A stretch of 43,407 bases of DNA from a virus (Duplodnaviria > Caudoviricetes). The DNA is taken from the IMG/VR virus record IMGVR_UViG_3300011437_000007, positions 1 to 43,407 of that record; one strand, given 5' to 3'. Position numbers and translations under genes: made by a program. Positions 7,970 through 17,114 of this stretch are shown here, piece by piece; the first letter of the stretch is position 1; each line of letters starts with the position of its first letter. The notes beneath the pieces are model-generated. The model was not told where the DNA came from. It was given only the letters and a program-made list of their open reading frames with translations, and made no database searches.

Positions 7970-9378
7970 TAGAAAATCCCCCCACTCATCCCCGCACTCC
8001 GTGGTGCGCCGCCGCCACCAACCGGATCGGCATGTTGCGCCGCGCCGATGTCGAGATAGGTCGCGGTCAGTCCGTCCAGAAAGGTCGCGGGATAGGACAC
8101 CGCACGGACCGCCGCGCCAGCACCAGCCGTATTGTTCAGCGAAAAGTCTGCCGCTCCGGCATTCGTAAACGGAGAGCCCGTGAGGGTCAGAAAGCCCACG
8201 AGTAAACTTGCCGGGTAGGCGGTGGTGTTGACATTGCCGGAGGTATTGTTGTAACCGGCACAATTCACGAGCACCGGATTGAACCCCGCCGCTGAATCGC
8301 TCCCGAATCCGTATCCGCCATTGCCTTCAGCAAGACCATTCAACCAATAGGACGCCGCACCAGTTCCGCTCCGTAATCCGTCTCGACCATTCCCATAACT
8401 GGTACAATTAATAAATATCCCCCTCACGCTGATATAGAAACCGTCCGACGATGCCCCTGAATTGTTGTACGCCAGACACCGAATGGCTAACATATTCGAG
8501 CCACCAAATCCGGTGACGCTATTGGCGTCGGCTTGGCATGCATAGAGAACCACGTTCGAATCAATCTTCCATGCTGGCTGCGTGACGCATCCAGTGACGC
8601 GGGTTCTTGTCACTCCTATCATTCCCGAGCTCGCTATAGCTATGCCACTGTTCGTGCAGTTACGAGCGAGGCACGTATCTATCTGCCCGTATACGGCTCC
8701 GGATATATCCATACCACGCGAACTCGTCTCGCCGTGTCCGTCCACTTCAATATTCACAAGACGCACATACGTGCCGACGCTGAGATCGATGATTTTCGCT
8801 GTGGAGACACCGGTATTCAGTTGCAACACCGGAGCGGTACCCATATCACCGCGCGTGGTCTGATACCCCTCCACGCGCACAAATATTCCGTTGTCGCCAC
8901 ACGTGGGCTTGAAACACCCCGCCGCAATATTCGGCGTGGCCGATGTCATCACGTGGGTGCCGGCTTTAATGTAATAGGTGCTCCCTGCAACACCGATCGC
9001 GCCTGCAGCTCCTGGACTTGCTAGTGCTCCACCAATATTCATGGTGATCCCGGTGCCCGCTGCCACGGTGCGATCCACGGTGATGCTGGACGTGCTGGCG
9101 CGGGCCGTACACTGATACCAGTCCGCCGCTAACGTTCCTGTGCCGCCCGCCATGTAAAAGATGTTGCCGGGCATCGTCGTCCCGAAGTTGGCCGTGGCCG
9201 AGGTAATCGTGGTGGAGCCATCCGCGACGGCATCGGTCGTGGAAATGTCCGCGCCGGCGGTGTTCTTGGCGTCCTGCTGGGAGTAGTCCGTACCAGCAGC
9301 GCCGGTAACGAACCCGCCGCCATTGGTGTCGTTGCCCGCTGTTCGTATTTCAAAGACGCTATTAGCTGATAGAGCCAT
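7969..9378 (-). CDS. Tailspike, right-handed parallel beta-helix
   Basis: Repeating 'NC..Y.N...G' beta-helix rungs; Gly/Thr-rich. Confidence 0.75.
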   Translation of the reverse strand: MALSANSVFEIRTAGNDTNGGGFVTGAAGTDYSQQDAKNTAGADISTTDAVADGSTTITSATANFGTTMPGNIFYMAGGTGTLAADWYQCTARASTSSITVDRTVAAGTGITMNIGGALASPGAAGAIGVAGSTYYIKAGTHVMTSATPNIAAGCFKPTCGDNGIFVRVEGYQTTRGDMGTAPVLQLNTGVSTAKIIDLSVGTYVRLVNIEVDGHGETSSRGMDISGAVYGQIDTCLARNCTNSGIAIASSGMIGVTRTRVTGCVTQPAWKIDSNVVLYACQADANSVTGFGGSNMLAIRCLAYNNSGASSDGFYISVRGIFINCTSYGNGRDGLRSGTGAASYWLNGLAEGNGGYGFGSDSAAGFNPVLVNCAGYNNTSGNVNTTAYPASLLVGFLTLTGSPFTNAGAADFSLNNTAGAGAAVRAVSYPATFLDGLTATYLDIGAAQHADPVGGGGAPRSAGMSGGIF

Positions 9379-9381
9379 GTG

Positions 9382-11169
9382 CTATGGCACCTCCGGAAGG
9401 TACGTTGTCTCAATCTCGACCACCGCATTCGGCGCGCCACCATTGCTATTCATCCAAAAATAGAACCCCTTCGTGAGATAGGCCGTCAGGGCTGCGGCGC
9501 CGGCGCCGATGCTGAACCATTTGTTTGTCGGCACAGTAATCCACGCCGTTCCTGTGGCCGGAACCCAGTAGTTGTGGCCGAAGGTGTCCGAGATATTCCG
9601 CAAGTCGCCATCAGTCGTCACGCGGATGCGTGCGGCGGTGTAGAGGCCAGCCGGAACGGTCACGAGTTCCACCGACGGCCCGCTCGTGATCGTTTCCGTC
9701 CAGTTATTCACCGTCGCCGGGCCATAGGTCACACCATCCAAGGTCACGGTGCCTAACAAACCGTGCTCCATGTTGGAGCCCCAGTTGAACCAGTCAGTCA
9801 GCCCTCCGGGGAACGCCAACGTCCCGTCAAAGTCTCCGTAATACGTGATGTAGATGGGCAGTGATCCCCCAATCGGCGTGACTTGGAGACTCGCGTTTGT
9901 AATCAGGGGCACGTCAGCGCCAACCGAAAAGAACCCTAGGACGGTGGGAGAACTCACATAGGTGCGGGCTGCAGTAAAGGCCACGTTATAGTCCAGCCCA
10001 TCAACCCAGATATTTGTTGACCGGACTTCTGTGTTGAACGCTGCGATGTCCGTTCCGGTGATCGACACATCCCGAAAGGTCAGACCATCGCCTCCCCACG
10101 CGGTGAACGCACACGCTTCGGCGGTTGAACTGTTCCAAATTTTGCTCGATCCCGCGCCTGTGAACGTCGCACCATCCACCAGTACATTGAGCGAACGCCA
10201 GATATGAATCGTGTTGCCGTGAGGGTTGGCGATGGACACGTTGTTGATGGTGATATCCGTCGCCGCAACCACTGACACGTCCCACATGCCATTTGGCATC
10301 AGCAAGCCATCGCTGATTGGCTCCAGCTCCAGTGTGAGGTCGTTGAGTATGACATCATGAACCATCCCGCCGACAAACCGTTCCAGCCCGTGATCAAGTC
10401 CGTAGCCCTTGGAATAATTCGCGTAACTCGGCCATGTCCCCCACTCACCGATCTTCCACTGCAAGCCGGACTCGACTTCAGCCGTTAAGGCGGCTAATGA
10501 CCCGTAGTTCGTGATGTCCTGCCCTAAGCCAGCCGTAAATGTAATCACGCCCGTGCCGATATCTATAGATTGCACAGTCGCCGGGATGAAGGCTTCGGGT
10601 TCGACCGGATCGCTGGGCGTCACTCCGGCCCAGATCAGTACCACTTCCCCCGCCTGCATGGTGACGATTTCATCGGGGTCCATCGTCAGCGTGGTCGTCC
10701 CCGACGCAATCGTTCCGGTCACATGCGAGATGGACCGAGACGCCACGCCATCTGGTGTCGAGGCGGGAAGAAAGACCGGTGAGGTGACAGGGACGCTGGC
10801 GATCTGAACAGGGTAAAAGCCCGAATTGGCGCCTTCAGCGGGATCGACGAGTAGCGTGCAGCCCGCGAAATTGATGGTCACATTGGACCGATTCAAGACC
10901 AGCGTTCGTGAGCTGTTTGCAACGTTGGTTTTCTGCAACCGATAGTCGCCGGCAGGCATCGTAATCGTGCCAACGGCTGGGTTCGCCCAATCGTCATACA
11001 CCGAATTGGGTAAGGGTGTCCCAGCGGCCTGGTCGGCCGCCCAGGCTTGGAATTGCACGAGGGCCGCTCGCTGCGCCGCGACGCGCGCTTCCCACTGCGC
11101 AAACGGCTCAATGATCGGCTCGAGCGCGGGATACGCCGCGATGAACGCTGTTTTTAAGTAATCGTCCAC
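9382..11169 (-). CDS. Tailspike/depolymerase, pectin-lyase-like beta-helix
   Basis: 'GTITMPAGDYRL..LNRSNVTINF' entry motif and 'DITINNVSI..NVLVDGATF..TFRDVSI' rungs. Confidence 0.7.
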   Translation of the reverse strand: MDDYLKTAFIAAYPALEPIIEPFAQWEARVAAQRAALVQFQAWAADQAAGTPLPNSVYDDWANPAVGTITMPAGDYRLQKTNVANSSRTLVLNRSNVTINFAGCTLLVDPAEGANSGFYPVQIASVPVTSPVFLPASTPDGVASRSISHVTGTIASGTTTLTMDPDEIVTMQAGEVVLIWAGVTPSDPVEPEAFIPATVQSIDIGTGVITFTAGLGQDITNYGSLAALTAEVESGLQWKIGEWGTWPSYANYSKGYGLDHGLERFVGGMVHDVILNDLTLELEPISDGLLMPNGMWDVSVVAATDITINNVSIANPHGNTIHIWRSLNVLVDGATFTGAGSSKIWNSSTAEACAFTAWGGDGLTFRDVSITGTDIAAFNTEVRSTNIWVDGLDYNVAFTAARTYVSSPTVLGFFSVGADVPLITNASLQVTPIGGSLPIYITYYGDFDGTLAFPGGLTDWFNWGSNMEHGLLGTVTLDGVTYGPATVNNWTETITSGPSVELVTVPAGLYTAARIRVTTDGDLRNISDTFGHNYWVPATGTAWITVPTNKWFSIGAGAAALTAYLTKGFYFWMNSNGGAPNAVVEIETTYLPEVP

Positions 11170-11527
11170 GGTGCGCCCCCCTCCGCGGTGTGCGCGCGTG
11201 GCCTGTCAATGGTCACGAGGGCCCTGCGCCTCCTGGACGCGTCGGTGGGGGGGCGGAAATCGAGGCGAGAATCGCGCCGTCGGTGGTACAGCGGAGATCG
11301 AGCGTGCCGACGGCGCCGTGCGGTAACGTCACCCCGAGCGCGTAGATGATCGTGTCCCCATCGGAGCGCACGGCCGTGCGCTTCCCGCGCGAGTGGTCCT
11401 GCTGATGAGACGTCGGCTCCCCCCATCACGTGTGCATCGGCGCTGACGTGATCATCACGATGGTCCGTCACGGCGCACAACACGGGTACATGGCAGTGTC
11501 CCCCCACAACGGTTCCATAGGTAGCCC

Positions 11528-11737
11528 CTATATCTTGGCGGTATCGATCAAAAGGTGCCCAAGCCGCCGCGCTTGCCGGATCAGCTTCATCAACTGGTTG
11601 GGGGCTAAGCTGTGCTCGAAGGTGGTAAACCGGGCATGGCACTCGAGGCACTCCCGCCGACGCCGTATCGTCCCGCCGGCCGTCCCTCTCGAATCGATCA
11701 CCTTCGAGGAGCGCATCAGGCACTTGGGACAGTTCAC
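11528..11737 (-). CDS. NrdR-like N-terminal Zn-ribbon protein lacking the ATP cone
   Basis: CPKC..SKVIDSR....[18 protein letters not shown]; probable GTG start at 11737. Confidence 0.8.
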   Translation of the reverse strand: MNCPKCLMRSSKVIDSRGTAGGTIRRRRECLECHARFTTFEHSLAPNQLMKLIRQARRLGHLLIDTAKI

Positions 11738-11760
11738 GTCGCCGAAGTACTCCGTGCTCA

Positions 11761-12093
11761 CTACGGGGCTCCCGTGAGGGCCTTGTTGGCCAGTTCGCTC
11801 GGCACTGAATAGCCCTGAAACGCAATCGTCTTCAGCGCACACGTTAGCCGCTCATTCGTCTCCTGTAACGCCTGCTGCGCTAGCTTTGCCTCGACCACGC
11901 GCTGACTCCACGCATCCACTTCGTTCTCTGGCAGCCTAAATGCCGCGACACCTCGGCCCGCTGAACGAAGTCGATGAAATCTCACCGCCATTTGCCAGCG
12001 ACGCCGAATATCACTGGGCCGATCTCGCAAGAACCGCCACAGCGCAAATGCTTCCCAATAAAGCGTCACGCGTAATGCATAGAATTGGCTCAT
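11761..12093 (-). CDS. Hypothetical protein
   Basis: 110-aa ORF translationally coupled to the upstream gene. Confidence 0.5.
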   Translation of the reverse strand: MSQFYALRVTLYWEAFALWRFLRDRPSDIRRRWQMAVRFHRLRSAGRGVAAFRLPENEVDAWSQRVVEAKLAQQALQETNERLTCALKTIAFQGYSVPSELANKALTGAP

Positions 12094-12584
12094 TATCTAG
12101 GCTCCGCGAGAGCCTTCTGGGCTTCTGTCATGCGTTCCCGTTGCATCTTCCGCACGGAGTCTCGCAATTCATCGAGCGGCATCCGCTTAAAGTCGGTCAG
12201 GTGCTTGCCGCACTGCATTTCACCATCGTCGCCATAGAGTGCTGCGACGCAGCCGTGCCCCATCCACCATATTTCCCGCAGTTCGCGTTCTAACGCCTGC
12301 TGCGCCCGCTCGGCCTCGGCTAACTTGATTGTCAAGTCGTGACACTCCAGCACGCGGTCCGTGTGGTTGTCTCGCAGGGTTTCCAGTTCCCGCCCGGCCT
12401 CGGTGAGTTGGGCCTGCAAGACTTCGGCGCGGTCGAATTGCTCACGACCGGCGCGATTCAACAGCCCATCAGCATGCTTTAACTCGTCGCGTTCCTGCTC
12501 AGCGGCCTCGGCTCGGGCTTCGGCGTCTTTCAGTTGTGCCTGCCCTATCACCTGTGGCGGCATGTGGTTCTGCCAGATGCTCAC
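12093..12584 (-). CDS. Coiled-coil hypothetical protein
   Basis: Heptad-rich; C-terminal 'LYGDDGEMQC..DFKR' segment. Confidence 0.6.
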   Translation of the reverse strand: MSIWQNHMPPQVIGQAQLKDAEARAEAAEQERDELKHADGLLNRAGREQFDRAEVLQAQLTEAGRELETLRDNHTDRVLECHDLTIKLAEAERAQQALERELREIWWMGHGCVAALYGDDGEMQCGKHLTDFKRMPLDELRDSVRKMQRERMTEAQKALAEPR

Positions 12585-12711
12585 TTCTCGCCTCCCTTTC
12601 TACCTCGACGCCACAGCCAATTCAGCCACGGCAGAGCACACACTCCACCCTCGATACTGGGGCAGGTCGCTAATTGCCCAAATTTCTTTGTCGGTCACGA
12701 CAGGAGGCCCT

Positions 12712-12918
12712 CTATTTTTCGTGTGGGTTATACGCCATCACCGCTACGTCGGTAATATCCACCACAAAGTCACATCGCTGACAAAACGGAACTAGCCGAA
12801 CGCTTTCAGAATCCTCGTCACCCACCAGCCGCTCAACGGCGAATAGCGGTGCGTCACACAAGACTTCACGTTTGAGACCACGCCAGTTGTGAATCATCCG
12901 CAGCTTCTGCTTGCTCAC
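12712..12918 (-). CDS. Hypothetical protein
   Basis: 68-aa ORF with a GGAGG RBS. Confidence 0.5.
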   Translation of the reverse strand: MSKQKLRMIHNWRGLKREVLCDAPLFAVERLVGDEDSESVRLVPFCQRCDFVVDITDVAVMAYNPHEK

Positions 12919-13166
12919 TTCTCGCCTCCCTCAAGGATGCGCTTCCGCTTTGCCTCTTGCCATAGCCGATAGACACGAATGCGATTACACGCTCGACAGT
13001 CTCGGCCGTTTGGGCGGTGCTTGGGAATGCGCTGTCGGTGGGCAGCACCGGGGACAGGCGATCGGCGCCACCTGATCCCGCGCCCCACTCTGGCCAGTGG
13101 GCGGACAATAGAGGCCCGTCCCGAAACAGCGCGGGCAGTCGATCTGGGCCCACTCACATGGCTGCG

Positions 13167-13394
13167 TCATTTCACCCTCCACGGCCGATACACTCCGCCT
13201 TCACGCGCACGCCCACCACGACACGGCGTGTCGGTGTCACCGCACGGCCGCAAGTCTCTGAGATAGCAGCCGCATTCCATCGACGGATCGGGATGATACA
13301 GGCCATGAAAGCCGCGCGACTGCAACCAGTTCGCCTCGTCATCGCCGCCCGTTTTCGGCCTGCGCGTTTTCGGCTCAGAGGGCTGTGGACGCAC
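13167..13394 (-). CDS. Cys-rich hypothetical protein
   Basis: 'WL..GFHGLY..ECGC..DLRPC' pattern; GTG start after a GAGGAGG RBS. Confidence 0.45.
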   Translation of the reverse strand: MRPQPSEPKTRRPKTGGDDEANWLQSRGFHGLYHPDPSMECGCYLRDLRPCGDTDTPCRGGRAREGGVYRPWRVK

Positions 13395-13557
13395 CGATCG
13401 CTCCCTCCTCTGGAAACGTCTCCACAATCTCCGAATCCACATGTTCGATCTCTGCCTTCTTCGCGTGCTCGAGCGCATGCCGCACGTAGCTGTACGCGTC
13501 ACTCGGCGTCTCGGCATAGACCCGCACGGTGGTCAGAATTTCATAGAGTGGACTCAC
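13375..13557 (-). CDS. Hypothetical protein
   Basis: 60-aa ORF coupled to the resolvase stop. Confidence 0.5.
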   Translation of the reverse strand: MSPLYEILTTVRVYAETPSDAYSYVRHALEHAKKAEIEHVDSEIVETFPEEGAIGASTAL

Positions 13558-14030
13558 CGATCGCTCCCTTCCTGATCGCCCCGTGTGATCTGAATTTCGG
13601 TCCAGTACTGCCCGTCGTTAGAAATCGTTTGCACTGGCGTCGACAACTCGATCCACTTCCGCGAGTCGTTCTTGATGTAGCCCAACCGCTTCAACGCATC
13701 GAGCAACGGCTTGACGCAGAATCGCAAGTTGTCATCGTCGCGGATGAAATTACGCCCGGAAGGGACTTCGCGGGTCACCGCCACCCGCACCCGCCCCGCC
13801 TCGTAGCCGGTCATGCGCTTCGGGCCGCAGGCCGCGCCGAGTGCTGCTGCCCAGTTCAGAGTTTCGCCAGACCGGCAGTAGACATCCAGCGTGGCCGCGC
13901 CGATCTCTTTCTCCCAGTCCTGCGAGATCCGATGCTTGATCCTCCAATGCCTACCCTGCCAACGATTAGGGCTGACTAGTTCGCGCTGGACACGCAGCGT
14001 CACGTTCGCGGGATCAATCACGCCGCCCAT
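13554..14030 (-). CDS. RusA-like Holliday junction resolvase
   Basis: SPN N-terminal motif and RDDDNL..KPLLDAL..IKND catalytic pattern. Confidence 0.8.
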   Translation of the reverse strand: MGGVIDPANVTLRVQRELVSPNRWQGRHWRIKHRISQDWEKEIGAATLDVYCRSGETLNWAAALGAACGPKRMTGYEAGRVRVAVTREVPSGRNFIRDDDNLRFCVKPLLDALKRLGYIKNDSRKWIELSTPVQTISNDGQYWTEIQITRGDQEGSDR

Positions 14031-14031
14031 C

Positions 14032-14247
14032 TCACGCGCCCCGCCGCCCGGTGTCCGCCCCTAAATGGCTGACGATCCTCGCCAGAACATCCGCCAACGC
14101 AGCGATGGCCGCTCCTTGGTTGCCCAAGTATTCAGCCACCGTACGGCCGTTGAATGGCTTGCCGTCGAACTCGCGCGCATCGTTCGCCATGTCCGCGCTG
14201 ATGGTGCTGAGAATCTCACCAGCGCGTGTGATTTCCTGTTCTGTCAT
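14032..14247 (-). CDS. Hypothetical protein
   Basis: 71-aa coupled ORF in the early operon. Confidence 0.55.
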   Translation of the reverse strand: MTEQEITRAGEILSTISADMANDAREFDGKPFNGRTVAEYLGNQGAAIAALADVLARIVSHLGADTGRRGA

Positions 14248-14447
14248 CCCTGCCCTCGCGCGGGGGGTGCCCCGCCTTCAGCTTTGGTGAGTTTAGCGAC
14301 GGCTTCGTGCAGGTTCCGCATCGCGCCCCACTTGATCATTTTCCGCACGGTATACGGTGACGTCGGCTGCGGCACAGGATGAAAGCACCCATATTTCATC
14401 GCATACAACACCGCATCAATCACGTCCTGCTGTGGTGTCTGGCTCAT
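14244..14447 (-). CDS. Hypothetical protein
   Basis: 67-aa ORF with a GGAGGT RBS. Confidence 0.55.
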   Translation of the reverse strand: MSQTPQQDVIDAVLYAMKYGCFHPVPQPTSPYTVRKMIKWGAMRNLHEAVAKLTKAEGGAPPARGQG

Positions 14448-14460
14448 CTTGCACCTCCCC

Positions 14461-14724
14461 CTACTTCCAAATCACGCCAGCGCCTTCACAACTACGGCAC
14501 CGTTCTGGCGTGAACAGATTCCCTGCCGTGGTGAAATAAATCTCACTGTAGAAGCCGTGAGGCACCTTCCCGCGCCCGCTACATACCGGGCAGGTATACG
14601 GTTGTGGTTCCGGCCCAACCGTCACTGTGAACGACGAATGTCGAGCACACCCGCCCGTTAATTTCTGACACTCAGGACAACCATCACTTAACATCTCGCG
14701 CCTCCCGTCCCCCCCCCTACTCAC
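14461..14724 (-). CDS. DnaJ-type CxxCxGxG zinc-finger small protein
   Basis: CPVCSGRG and CRSCEGAG motifs. Confidence 0.55.
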   Translation of the reverse strand: MSRGGDGRREMLSDGCPECQKLTGGCARHSSFTVTVGPEPQPYTCPVCSGRGKVPHGFYSEIYFTTAGNLFTPERCRSCEGAGVIWK

Positions 14725-15382
14725 CAGTGCAGGTAATCATGCGATCAAGTAAGTCGAAGGCTGACGCTTGCAGGCTGACAACAGTGGGTTGGACTTTCTG
14801 ATTCGCAGCGGCCCACGCAGCGTCCCTCGCAGCGGCCCACGCAGCGGCCCACGCAGCGGCCCACGCAGCGGCCCACGCAGCGGCCCCCGCAGCGGCCCAC
14901 GCAGCGGCCCACGCAGCGTCCCTCGCAGCGGCCCACGCAGCGGCCCACGCAGCGTCCGCGTCTTTCCGTGCGCCTTCTAGTGAGGGTTGTGACGCCTGCG
15001 CCACGGCCGTCGAGAGAATCGGTGGCAACGCGCGTAACGTCGTGGCCTGCACGGTGAGTCCGGCCAGATCAAGCCATGCAGGCGTATACACGCGCACCAG
15101 CCAGTCCGTCACCAACCACGCGCGCTGTTCGTCGGCCTTCGCATTCCCTGCCGTGTCCAGGACGCGCGGCAGATACGGCTTGAGTTTCTGCCGACCCGCA
15201 TCGTCTAGGTCGTCTTGCCATCGACGTAAAAAGGCCGACAGCACTGGTGACACACACGCCGGGGTGTCGCTCCACGGCTCTCCAGCCATAAAGCTGGCCC
15301 ATTCCATAATGCAACCACCGTGTTCCGGCCCACTATGAGAGCCGCGCTGAAGAACCAACGCGTCTAAATCAAGCGTTCTCAT
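14717..15382 (-). CDS. Phage protein with (WAAA/RDAA)n tetrapeptide repeats
   Basis: N-terminal 'GSH..GCIME..AGEPWSD.P.CVSPVL' domain followed by 12 tetrapeptide repeats. Confidence 0.75.
   Translation of the reverse strand: MRTLDLDALVLQRGSHSGPEHGGCIMEWASFMAGEPWSDTPACVSPVLSAFLRRWQDDLDDAGRQKLKPYLPRVLDTAGNAKADEQRAWLVTDWLVRVYTPAWLDLAGLTVQATTLRALPPILSTAVAQASQPSLEGARKDADAAWAAAWAAARDAAWAAAWAAAGAAAWAAAWAAAWAAAWAAARDAAWAAANQKVQPTVVSLQASAFDLLDRMITCTGE
14804..14947. repeat. 12 x 12-bp tandem repeat (CGCAGCGGCCCA and variants)
   Basis: Directly visible; encodes the WAAA repeats. Confidence 0.95.
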
Positions 15383-15398
15383 GGCACGCCTTCGCTTT

Positions 15399-15920
15399 CT
15401 AGCTGCGATATAGCCGCCGCATGCGTTCCCGCTGACAGGCACGACAGACGCGCGCACCGCTACGCTTTACGTGTAGGTTGGTTCCAGAATAGTCGTGGCC
15501 GGATGGGCACTGTGTGATCGCGCGATGGTAGTCATCAATCCGAAGCGTGTGCAGACTACGCGCGACATTTTCCCCGCGCGTGACTGCTTCAAGATGTGAT
15601 GGGTTGACGCACGAACGATGCGCGCAGGCTGATCCGCCGCCGCACTCAGCGTCTCCGTTGTGACATGTATGATCCAAAACCATGCCAGATGGCACGCGGC
15701 CTCGAAAGAGTTCGTAGGCCACGATATGGGCGGCCATGCTCCGCCGTGATGCCCGGAACGAACCGTAACCTTGTGTTCGTCCACCTGTCCAGCGCCAGCA
15801 CGCATCTAGGGCACCGTCCTCAATCTTCACCAAGAACCGCTCGATGTCGCCGCGAGTCAGCGTGACGCCACACCACAGCGTTACGCTGTCTAACTTCGCT
15901 AACCGTTCCGCCATCACCAT
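15399..15920 (-). CDS. HNH endonuclease
   Basis: CWRWTG..GYG..AHIVAYE..LDHTC..CVNPSHLEAVT..EN; C-terminal CPSGH..CRAC Zn module. Confidence 0.9.
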   Translation of the reverse strand: MVMAERLAKLDSVTLWCGVTLTRGDIERFLVKIEDGALDACWRWTGGRTQGYGSFRASRRSMAAHIVAYELFRGRVPSGMVLDHTCHNGDAECGGGSACAHRSCVNPSHLEAVTRGENVARSLHTLRIDDYHRAITQCPSGHDYSGTNLHVKRSGARVCRACQRERMRRLYRS

Positions 15921-15985
15921 TCACGCCTCCCTACCTGCTTGGCTCGCGCCTCCCGATCCCCCCACGCGCCCACCCTGTGCCCTAA

Positions 15986-16258
15986 TCACCGCTGGACTTG
16001 TTCTCGTCCATTCACCACGGCATGCGTGCGCTCCACGGGACGTAACTGCTTCAGCTCGGCGGCCGTGAAAAACTCCTCGAGCCGCCCCACCCAGACCGGC
16101 GCCGGGTCCATGTGTGCCGTCGTCGCGCGGAGTTGCCACTTCGTGCGGTACCGCTGCCCCGCTGGACACCGGCAGGCCAGCACCACATAGGGATCGCCCG
16201 GTTCGTCCAAGCCGACGAAATAAAGCCCCGTCTGCCGACAGATCTCACAGCGGTTCAT
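15986..16258 (-). CDS. Stand-alone Zn finger resembling the N-terminal domain of DnaC/IstB-type helicase loaders
   Basis: CEICRQTG......ACRC..G; no AAA+ domain follows. Overlaps the initiator-like gene. Confidence 0.5.
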   Translation of the reverse strand: MNRCEICRQTGLYFVGLDEPGDPYVVLACRCPAGQRYRTKWQLRATTAHMDPAPVWVGRLEEFFTAAELKQLRPVERTHAVVNGREQVQR

Positions 16259-16535
16259 GGCTCGGGACCGTGTTCCGCTGGCCGACTTTCCGCGCCGGCT
16301 CCGGTAACACCTGAATCCACCGTTCTTCTTCCAACCATTTCTTCAGCATGGGAATCAGCGCGACGTTCTGCCACTGCTCACTCCGCTTGTGCTGTTCCAA
16401 GGCGTCCCTGAGCACCGTGAAGCCCGCTTTGTTGAGCGCCCGCAGAAACAGGGCCGTCACAAAGTAGCCCCGTTGACGGCGTGCGGCTGGATAGGCGTCC
16501 ACAAATTGCTCAAAGAGTTCGTCGGTATGTGGCAT
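16245..16535 (-). CDS. Replication initiator/replisome organiser C-terminal domain only
   Basis: FEQFVDAYP..R.G..A..F..KRSEQW....IP...WL...RW pattern. ATG at 16535 follows AAGGA; alternative GTG start at 16598. Confidence 0.7.
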   Translation of the reverse strand: MPHTDELFEQFVDAYPAARRQRGYFVTALFLRALNKAGFTVLRDALEQHKRSEQWQNVALIPMLKKWLEEERWIQVLPEPARKVGQRNTVPSHEPL

Positions 16536-16539
16536 TCCT

Positions 16540-16876
16540 TGCCCCGTGCTTTCAACTGCGTTTTGGCAATAATCGGATTTGTCTTTTCCCCTGATCACTT
16601 ATCGCAGTGAACGAGAAAAACACCGTCCTCAGAGCCTCGCCGTATATTCCGCGCTGGCATCGCACATGACGTGCGCGGTCCGTCAGATCAGGTCGGGGCT
16701 GGAGACAAATCCGTAAAAGAGAACCAGACCCCTTTCGGGGCGACCCCTCTGTGCTTGGCGCGCTTGCTGGTACTAGTGGCGCTCTCTCACATGCGGCGGC
16801 CAGTGATGGAACGTTAGGCCCCGGCTTGGTGCGCTCTTCGCCGCTCGGCTGCGTCGCGCACTCGACGCGAAACTGT
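16540..16876 (-). ncRNA. Candidate structured ncRNA or structured origin
   Basis: Perfect 11-bp long-range helix 16574-16584/16703-16713, extended by 16590-16596/16686-16692. Also a CCCC-GAAA-GGGG hairpin and CGCAC/GTGCG and GCGTCG/CGACGC hairpins. No credible ORF. Confidence 0.55.
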
Positions 16877-16879
16877 TAT

Positions 16880-17062
16880 TTATCGGTACCGGTCGAAATC
16901 GTCTTGTTCTGCACGGTATTGGGCTTCTTCGCGCTCCTGGCGATACGCGTTTCGGAGTTCGCGTTGACACTCTTGTTTCCCGCAGGCGTCAGGCTCTCCG
17001 TGGTTGTCGTAGTCGCCAAGGTCTTCGCCGCAGTAGAAGCAATGCTGTGGTCGGACGGCCAT
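16880..17062 (-). CDS. Small Cys-containing hypothetical protein
   Basis: CFYC..C...C; GGAAGGAG RBS. Confidence 0.6.
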   Translation of the reverse strand: MAVRPQHCFYCGEDLGDYDNHGEPDACGKQECQRELRNAYRQEREEAQYRAEQDDFDRYR

Positions 17063-17114
17063 CGTCGTCTCCTTCCAAAATGCGCGCGGAGGTAGCGCTC
17101 CGAAATACTCATCG

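Noticed and set aside
7969-11169. Diversity-generating retroelement acting on the tailspikes
   Set aside because: No reverse transcriptase ORF, and no template/variable repeat pair noticed by eye.
14804-14947. CRISPR-like array
   Set aside because: Contiguous 12-bp units without spacers, in frame within a CDS; no cas genes.
16598-16640. Hammerhead ribozyme (minus-strand CTGAGGA followed by a stem)
   Set aside because: The stem is followed by CGATA, not the required GAAA core, and stems I and III are not evident.
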